Source: an uncultured Actinomycetes bacterium
GTDB lineage: Bacteria; Actinomycetota; Actinomycetes; S36-B12; CAIYMF01
Length of the DNA: 32,000 nt
Reading direction: 5' to 3'
Assembly: GCA_963843975.1 (NCBI GenBank)
Contig: CAWJMG010000003.1
Coordinates: forward strand, 2,700,001 to 2,732,000
Part shown: in pieces, positions 23,502 to 29,016 of the stretch
Position numbering within the stretch: position 1 is the stretch's first letter
Layout: the number at the start of each line of letters is the position of its first letter
The notes under the pieces: model-generated
Databases searched by the model: none
Told to the model about the DNA's origin: nothing
What the model saw: only the letters and a program-made list of their open reading frames with translations
Position numbers and translations under genes: made by a program

Positions 23502-23850
23502 GTGAGCGCGACGAGCGTGACATTCACTCGACGTTCGCTCCTGGTCCTCGGCGCCACAGTCGCCTTGAGCGCATGCAGAGCTCACGACACCCGCTCCGGC
23601 GCCGACGCCACCTGTGAAGCCCCGCGACCTCTCGACAGGTTCGGACGACCCAGACACTCAGGACCACCCTTCATCGCGCAGCCCGTCCGCCTCCGACGGC
23701 TCGCGCGACAGCGACCCGCCGTCCACCGCGCCCGCCGACCCGGACACCCAGAACGCCTCAAGCGACCCGGTGTCCGATTCGGGCTCCGACTCCACCGCCG
23801 AGCCGCCGCCGCCCGTGGCCTCTAGCACGCCACAGCCTCAGCCGACGTAG
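23502..23850 (+). pseudogene. Acidic Ser/Asp/Pro-rich lipoprotein gene, apparently frameshifted just after the lipobox
   Basis: In frame 0, VSATSVTFTRRSLLVLGATVALSAC (twin-Arg-like n-region plus lipobox LSAC, 23502-23576) runs on into Arg-rich nonsense. The +1 frame reads from 23569 (..AELTTPAPAPTPPVKPRDLSTGSDDPDTQDHPSS...SDPVSDSGSDSTAEPPPPVASSTPQPQPT, stop 23848-23850; track ORF 23614..23850). One extra base near tgcAgag (23573-23580) would reconcile the two frames. Confidence 0.4.
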
Positions 23851-24080
23851 TGAAGCCATCAAGGGTCCGGGCATCGGGTTCGCTGCGGTGGCCGCGGGTC
23901 GCTTGGTCGGGGTCGACGCGACGCATCTCCGGTGCTCATCACTGTCTTGGCGTTGGTGCTGCTGATCTGGAGCGCGATCCGGTTAGGTGCTCGCGAGTCC
24001 TCGTCGACTGGTGTCGGTGGAGGGGGCTCAGACGCCCACTGGGACTCGTCCTCTGGTGACGCCGTGAAGGTAAGCGGAAG

Positions 24081-24102
24081 GTCTTGAACATGTGTTCAAG
24101 AC
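24081..24102. promoter_or_regulatory. SOS-box-like palindrome GTCTTGAACAtgTGTTCAAGAC
   Basis: 10-bp perfect arms. The core GAAC-ATGT-GTTC fits the GAAC-N4-GTTC LexA (Cheo-box type) consensus of Gram-positive and actinobacterial LexA. Located in a locally AT-richer patch with no convincing ORF on either side. A TGTTCAA half-site recurs at 24139-24145. Confidence 0.4.
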
Positions 24103-24173
24103 CATTACCGACGATGTGCTCACCTATGGTTCTTCGTGGTGTTCAAACCTCACTTCGAGGGTCAGGACCCCTG

Positions 24174-24220
24174 CCGCCCCACCCCGGTCCGTCGTCCCCC
24201 CTCTGACCTGGGTGGGGCGG
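24174..24220. repeat. Hairpin element copy A (CCGCCCCACCC-N25-GGGTGGGGCGG)
   Basis: 11-bp perfect arms with a C-rich loop. Shares the exact 16-mer GACCTGGGTGGGGCGG (24205-24220) with copy B (27882-27897). Further hairpins follow at 24218-24245, about 24272-24300 and 24320-24333. Confidence 0.6.
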
Positions 24221-24787
24221 CTACCTACTCAAGCGCGGGTAGCCGGAACTTGCCGTTGCCCGCGGGGGCACGGCCGAGGTGGGTAAGCCGCCGCCTCGGT
24301 CGCAGCGCATCCGCCTCTGGACGGGTACCCGTCGCCTGGTCCGTTGAGTGGCGGGACCCCATGCCTATCAGCGTCGTCGGGTGCGCAACTGCTCGTGTCC
24401 GTGCAGGCACTGTCACAACTCGACGATGCTTCCGAAGAAGATCGCGTGAACCGGCTCCCCGCAGCCATGGCACTCCAGCGTCAGGTCCGCCGGGCCCTCC
24501 TCCGATCAAGGTGTAGCGATGACGAGCTCATGGGTCGGTCGGGCCGCGTTCGCGTTCTCGGTGGCAAGCCCACGAGGAGCGAGACGACACACGCTGCCAG
24601 GATCGGTGGCGCGGCCAGGCGGATGACATGACTATCGACCTTCGTCTTCTTACCCCCGTGGGTGTCCGCGTCGAACGTTGTCACCCCCTCCGGCTAACCG
24701 GATCAGCGATAGTTGCCGCCGGCTTGAGCGGTAGCGGCAAATTCCGAACAATCGCGAGCGAGGCTTCAGCCCGTCACCCCACGTCGT

Positions 24788-25195
24788 CTAGGGCATCGAC
24801 AGGCCGGCGAGCCGGTGCAAGGCCTGGAGGCCTTCAGGTGTCCCGGGCCAGTGCCGTCGCAGCGCGTCGCCACCGGCGCGGCGCACGACCGATCTCAGCA
24901 CGACCGCGACCAGGATCGCGTCGTCGGCGTAGCCCAGGACGGGGATGATGTCTGGCACTAGATCGAATGGCAGCAGTAGGTAGCCGACCAGTAGCCACAA
25001 CCGCACCCGCACACCGGCCGGGAGCGACCGGTCCCGCGCCAAGCGCGACACCAACCGCAGCGTGTCCGGTAGCAGCCGCATCGCCTCACCCGCGGTCGCC
25101 TCGGCCGGTCGCTGCCACCACAGCACGGTGATCAAAGCCGCCCACAGCAGCAGCAGACCCGCGACTACGCCGACTACGACCTGCCACCAGTTCAC
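24788..25195 (-). CDS. DUF1232 (YkvA-like) membrane protein
   Basis: Track ORF. N-terminal TM, then LLVGYLLLPFDLVPDIIPVLGYADDAILVAVVL, the conserved core of DUF1232. Confidence 0.8.
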   Translation of the reverse strand: MNWWQVVVGVVAGLLLLWAALITVLWWQRPAEATAGEAMRLLPDTLRLVSRLARDRSLPAGVRVRLWLLVGYLLLPFDLVPDIIPVLGYADDAILVAVVLRSVVRRAGGDALRRHWPGTPEGLQALHRLAGLSMP

Positions 25196-25611
25196 CGGCT
25201 TTACTCCTCACGCGGTTCGACGCCCCTCGTCCGCCCGATGGTGTCAAGCATCCGGGCGAGTGGGAGCCCGCTGGTCACAGGCACATCCTGCGGGAGTTGC
25301 CGACCTTGATGCGCCTGGATGAGTTCAAGGCCTCGCGGGCGGCGACGGGTGGGCGAGACGGGGCGTGGTCGGTCGCGAGCGTGCGTCCGTGACCGGGTGC
25401 CGTGAATGATGGGGTCTTCAGGTCGAAGGACTCCGAAGGTCGCTGCGCAGCCGTTCCGTGACAACTCACGCGGTCAGCCCCTCATGCGCGAGGCCCAGAC
25501 TCGCGCACGCCACGGGGACCGCCACACCGTGACAGTGCCGCGTCGGTGCTCGCTTTGCGAGCGATAGCGAAGCCTCTACGGCGCGCCGCGGAGCGGATAG
25601 GACTGTGCCAT

Positions 25612-25914
25612 CTACCCGAGCGACATGGGTGAGCTCCACTCCCCGTCCACCCACCGAGGCTCGCCCTCCAGTAGTGGCGCCAGACGTGCGAGCCAGAAAG
25701 CTTCTTGCGCAGGGTCGTCGGACAGTGCCTGGTAGGCCTCTCGGTCAGAGAAGCGCGCCCAGTTGATCACTGTCAGTCCGTCGTCGCTGTAGAGGACTCC
25801 AGCGTCGACGAACCCGGTGATGTGGGGCGCGCGTTCACGCAGCCAGTCGTCGAAAGCAGCCTGGATCTCTTGGCGGTTGGATTTCGTGGTGGCGATCATC
25901 GTTGTGCCGTACAT
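25612..25914 (-). CDS. ABM/Dabb-fold (antibiotic biosynthesis monooxygenase-like) small protein
   Basis: Start taken at MYGTTMIATT inside track ORF 25612..25944. About 100 aa with the pattern ...FDDWLRERAPHITGFVDAGVLYSDDGLTVINWARFSDREAYQAL..., compatible with a ferredoxin-like ABM domain. The assignment is tentative. Confidence 0.5.
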   Translation of the reverse strand: MYGTTMIATTKSNRQEIQAAFDDWLRERAPHITGFVDAGVLYSDDGLTVINWARFSDREAYQALSDDPAQEAFWLARLAPLLEGEPRWVDGEWSSPMSLG

Positions 25915-26287
25915 GGGGTCACCGTCTGGGATCGGGCCGCGCACAGCAGCCGAGACTCACAGCCGGCGCGACAGGCAAGATCTGACTCCCGCACGCTACG
26001 CCCCTGCGCTTGGGCTGCGAAAGCCCCGAAAGACGGCCAACGAACCACGGCTCGGTGTGGGGGCTCCGGGAGGCGCTTCGGAAGGATTCGACACCCCGGC
26101 TGGCAGCGCAGTCCTCAGGTGTTGGAGGCGCCCGCGTTACGGGAGATCTCGGATGCCTCGACGACCTTTGAACTCAGGGGTGCGACATGTCGATCCGGCT
26201 GCTGCACATGGATTTCACACCTGCTGTTGACCCTGCGATGACTCGATAGCGGGGACCGCATTACCCAGGGTTGCCTAACCTCGCGGC

Positions 26288-27139
26288 ATGACCTCCTCCC
26301 CCAGCACTTCCCTTGCGACGCGTCAGTTGCTGAACAAGGTCCCCGAGATCACCGTGGTGTTCTGGGTCATCAAGATCCTGTGCACCACGGTCGGGGAGAC
26401 CTTCGCCGACCTGCTCAACGAGAAGCTGGGCCTAGGGCTCACCCTGACGACGTACGTCATGGGGACGTTCCTGGCGCTGATGCTGATCGTGCAGTTCTCA
26501 TACCGCCGCTACGTGCCCTCGGTGTACTGGACCGTCGTGGTGCTGCTCAGCGTCGTCGGCACGCTGATCACCGACAACATGACCGACAACTTCGGCATAC
26601 CGCTGGCGACGTCGACGTTGCTCTTCGCTGCCGCTCTCGCTGTCACGTTCGTGGTCTGGTACGCCGTCGAAGGAACCCTGTCGATCCACAGCATCACCTC
26701 GATCCGGCGCGAGGTCTTCTACTGGCTCACAATCCTGTTCACCTTCGCCCTGGGCACCGCCGCCGGCGACCTGGTCGGGGAGAAGTTCGGCCTGGGCTAC
26801 CTGTGGTCCGTCGTGCTGTGGGGGTCGCTGATCACGGTCATCGCGGTGGCGCACTCCCGGTTCGCCCTCAACGCTGTCCTGGCGTTCTGGTCCGCCTACA
26901 TCCTCACCCGCCCGCTGGGTGCCTCGATCGGGGACCTGCTGTCCCAGAAGCCGGTCGACGGCGGACTCGGCCTGGGCATCCTGAAGATCAGCGTCGTGTT
27001 CCTGCTGACCATCGCTGCGCTGGTCGGCTACCTCACCAGGACCCGCGCGGACGTCACCGAGTACCACCTCTCACCCGAGGACGACGCTCTCTTGGACCAG
27101 CAGGACACCACCGCGGCTCCTGCGCCCCGCATCGCATGA
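26288..27139 (+). CDS. COG4705-like polytopic membrane protein with four internal repeats
   Basis: KVPEITVVFWVIKILCTTVGETFADLL is the hallmark N-terminus of this family. The unit [FY]W-x(8-10)-G-x(3-4)-D recurs four times: VVFWVIKILCTTVGETFAD, SVYWTVVVLLSVVGTLITD, VFYWLTILFTFALGTAAGD, LAFWSAYILTRPLGASIGD. Stop overlaps the next start (ATGA 27136-27139). Confidence 0.8.
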   Translation: MTSSPSTSLATRQLLNKVPEITVVFWVIKILCTTVGETFADLLNEKLGLGLTLTTYVMGTFLALMLIVQFSYRRYVPSVYWTVVVLLSVVGTLITDNMTDNFGIPLATSTLLFAAALAVTFVVWYAVEGTLSIHSITSIRREVFYWLTILFTFALGTAAGDLVGEKFGLGYLWSVVLWGSLITVIAVAHSRFALNAVLAFWSAYILTRPLGASIGDLLSQKPVDGGLGLGILKISVVFLLTIAALVGYLTRTRADVTEYHLSPEDDALLDQQDTTAAPAPRIA

Positions 27140-27828
27140 GCGGCCCAACTGCCGTTGCAGGCCATGTCCGGCTGCAGCCACAGGCGCTGCTCGAGCACGC
27201 ACGCCGGGCATGGCCCGTCCTGCTTGTCGCGTCTTCGGCTGCGGTGATCCTCGCGGGACTCACGGACGCCGTCGGCGAGCACGACGGCGTGACCGCAGTC
27301 GACCGGCCTGTCGCCGCCTGGTTCGCCGCGCACCGAACCTTCGCGCAGGGCAGCCTCGGGCTCCAGCTCGCGCACGCCACCTCACCTGCCGTCCTGATCG
27401 CACTGGTGCTGCTCACCGCCGTCGTCCTGCTGCGACGAGGCCTTCGCAGCGAAGCGCTCCTTCTCACCGGTGCGACGGTGGTCGCCTACGCCTCCGGTGC
27501 GGTGCTCAAGTTCGGCGAGCACCGTGCGCGGCCGTCGTCGCCAGTGAACCTGGCGCCTGAGGGTGAGCCGTCGTACCCATCGGGTCACGTCCTGGTCGTG
27601 GCCGTGATCGCCTTCACCGTCGTCGCCCTGGCGTGGTCGCACCTGTCCCGTGCCGGCCGGGTGACGGCCGTGGCCGTCGCCTCGGTCGCTGTCGGGGGCA
27701 TCGCCCTGGACAGGCTGGTCGTGGGGGCGCACTGGCTCACCGACCTTGCCGGGTCTCTCGCCTTGGCCGTGGTCATCGTGAGCGTCGTCATCGCAGCGCT
27801 GCGATTGCTGCCAGAAAAGGCTGCGTAG
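27136..27828 (+). CDS. PAP2-family phosphatase (canonical motifs)
   Basis: This is the last 230 codons of track ORF 26380..27828. C1 KFGEHRARP, C2 YPSGH, C3 DRLVVGAHWLTD (the complete K-x6-RP / PSGH / [SD]R-x5-H-x3-D signature), with about 6 TM. Translationally coupled to the COG4705-like gene. Confidence 0.87.
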   Translation: MSGPTAVAGHVRLQPQALLEHARRAWPVLLVASSAAVILAGLTDAVGEHDGVTAVDRPVAAWFAAHRTFAQGSLGLQLAHATSPAVLIALVLLTAVVLLRRGLRSEALLLTGATVVAYASGAVLKFGEHRARPSSPVNLAPEGEPSYPSGHVLVVAVIAFTVVALAWSHLSRAGRVTAVAVASVAVGGIALDRLVVGAHWLTDLAGSLALAVVIVSVVIAALRLLPEKAA

Positions 27829-27852
27829 CCGGGCCGCCTCCCCAACGCCAGG

Positions 27853-27896
27853 CGCCCCACCCGGGCCCCCGGGGGGAGGTGGACCTGGGTGGGGCG
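27853..27896. terminator. Hairpin element copy B between convergent genes
   Basis: CGCCCCACCC (27853-27862) pairs with GGGTGGGGCG (27887-27896). The inner GGGCCCCC/GGGGGG is also self-complementary. Lies between stop 27828 (+) and stop 28029 (-). Related to copy A at 24174-24220. Confidence 0.6.
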
Positions 27897-28028
27897 GGCC
27901 TTGATCGGACCCCTGAGGAAGGGGCCTTCTACGCGGTTCCGACGTTAGAGCACACCGCAGGAGTGACCGGTGGCGAACTGGCGATTCCAGATCGACTGCG
28001 GAGGTTCGCTCCCGCGAGGGTGCGCGTG

Positions 28029-28481
28029 TCAGTCGTCCGAACCCGAGTCGTCGGAGCCCGAGCCGGAGTCGTCGGACGAGCCGTCGTGGCTGTCTCCGGA
28101 CTGCGAGCCGGCCTGGCCGTTCTCGTGGTCACCGTCGTCCGTGGCCTGCTCGCCCTGGTCGTCGTCACCCTGCGCGTCGGCGTTCTCGCCCTGGTCGTCG
28201 GACTCCACAGACTGGCTGGCAGCGGGCTCGGCAGTCTCCGCCTGGTTGCTGCTCTCGACCGCGTCCGGGGTATCGGACACCTCTGGGGTCTCGGCGGCGT
28301 CGGGGGTCTTGGAGACCTCAGGGGACTCAGACTCGGTCTGGTCAACCTCGGGAATGGAGGTGGCCACCACGTCGGGGGTCGACGAGACCCGCGGGGTGTC
28401 GGCGTGGCTGGCGGCGAACGCAGCCGTCGAGCCGAGCAGCACGCCGGCAACGGCGAGGGGAACAACGAGTTGCAGCTTCAT
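28029..28481 (-). CDS. Small secreted hyper-acidic low-complexity protein, copy 3 (unrecognised family)
   Basis: Track ORF. RBS GAAGGA lies 7 nt upstream. Signal peptide MKLQLVVPLAVAGVLLGSTAAFA. Mature part has 36 D+E vs 2 K+R (hand count). Short repeats: PEVS[KD]TPDA, DDQGE, SDDSGSGSDDSGSDD. Confidence 0.72.
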   Translation of the reverse strand: MKLQLVVPLAVAGVLLGSTAAFAASHADTPRVSSTPDVVATSIPEVDQTESESPEVSKTPDAAETPEVSDTPDAVESSNQAETAEPAASQSVESDDQGENADAQGDDDQGEQATDDGDHENGQAGSQSGDSHDGSSDDSGSGSDDSGSDD

Positions 28482-28559
28482 GGTGGTCCTTCGCGTTGGG
28501 GGTCGAGTCCTCTCTGCTCAGCATCGGCTGGCGGCAGTGGGTAACCAGCCAACGGGCAT

Positions 28560-28587
28560 CCAAGATCCGTCCAAGAGGTCGCCAAGA
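28560..28587 (-). promoter_or_regulatory. Three CCAAGA (gene orientation TCTTGG) direct repeats at exact 11-bp phase
   Basis: CCAAGA at 28560, 28571 and 28582. In the orientation of gene 28029..28481 this reads TTCTTGGcgacCTCTTGGacggATCTTGGatgc, 79-106 nt upstream of its ATG, in the least GC-rich part of the intergenic region. Confidence 0.45.
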
Positions 28588-29016
28588 ACCGAATATCGAC
28601 GCCCACGACACCTCGCGGACGTCGAGCACGGCCTGGGTCCGGCGGCCAGGCGCCAGCCCGCCGTTCGAACGAGCGAGATGTGGCTGGGGGCCGGGGGGCG
28701 TGACGAGGCCACTTTGTCCAGATGACGGTCGGTGGTCCGAGTGACGCGCGAGCAGGCGAGTGGTTCTCGTCGCCGATCTGCCACCCGTCGGGGCTGATCT
28801 ACATCCCGGGCATGCAGAGTGGAACGGCGTCACCGAGCGGCCCCATCATTCTCATCCCCTCGACCCAACGATCACGATCGTCAGCGCGGACTCCTCTGGC
28901 TCCAAGGAGCGGCGGGCCGCTGACGGCGCGCTGTCGAGGCCGTACGCCGCGCATCTTGGAGGTGTGGATGATCTCGCGCCCAGCGCGCCCAGCGCGCCTG
29001 GTGGTGCTGGGTCGTG

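Noticed and set aside
23930-24088. 51-codon + strand ORF with one TM-like segment (VLITVLALVLLIWSAIRLGARESSSTG...), ending inside the SOS-box-like palindrome
   Set aside because: It is below the track threshold, has no RBS, and an alternative frame upstream also looks TM-like (GIGFAAVAAGRLVGV). This is too speculative without expression or conservation data.
24138-24149. GGTGTTCAAACC, superficially like a tRNA T-loop (GGTTCRANNCC)
   Set aside because: The flanking bases do not form a T-stem, and no acceptor, D or anticodon arms can be drawn. I found no tRNA, rRNA, tmRNA, RNase P or SRP signature strings anywhere in the window.
24400-24530. Minus-strand peptide fragment ..SEEGPADLTLECHGCGEPVHAIFFGSIVEL* resembling a zinc-ribbon end
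   Set aside because: It has only about 30 codons between stops and no start codon, so at most it is a gene relic.
28975-29001. Triple tandem 9-mer CGCGCCCAG and short tandem units in 28031-28090, checked as a possible CRISPR or iteron array
   Set aside because: The repeats are contiguous with no spacers and far too short for CRISPR. Those at 28031-28090 are simply the coding repeats (SDDSGS) of the acidic protein. The 9-mers are noted under the relaxase/oriT finding only.
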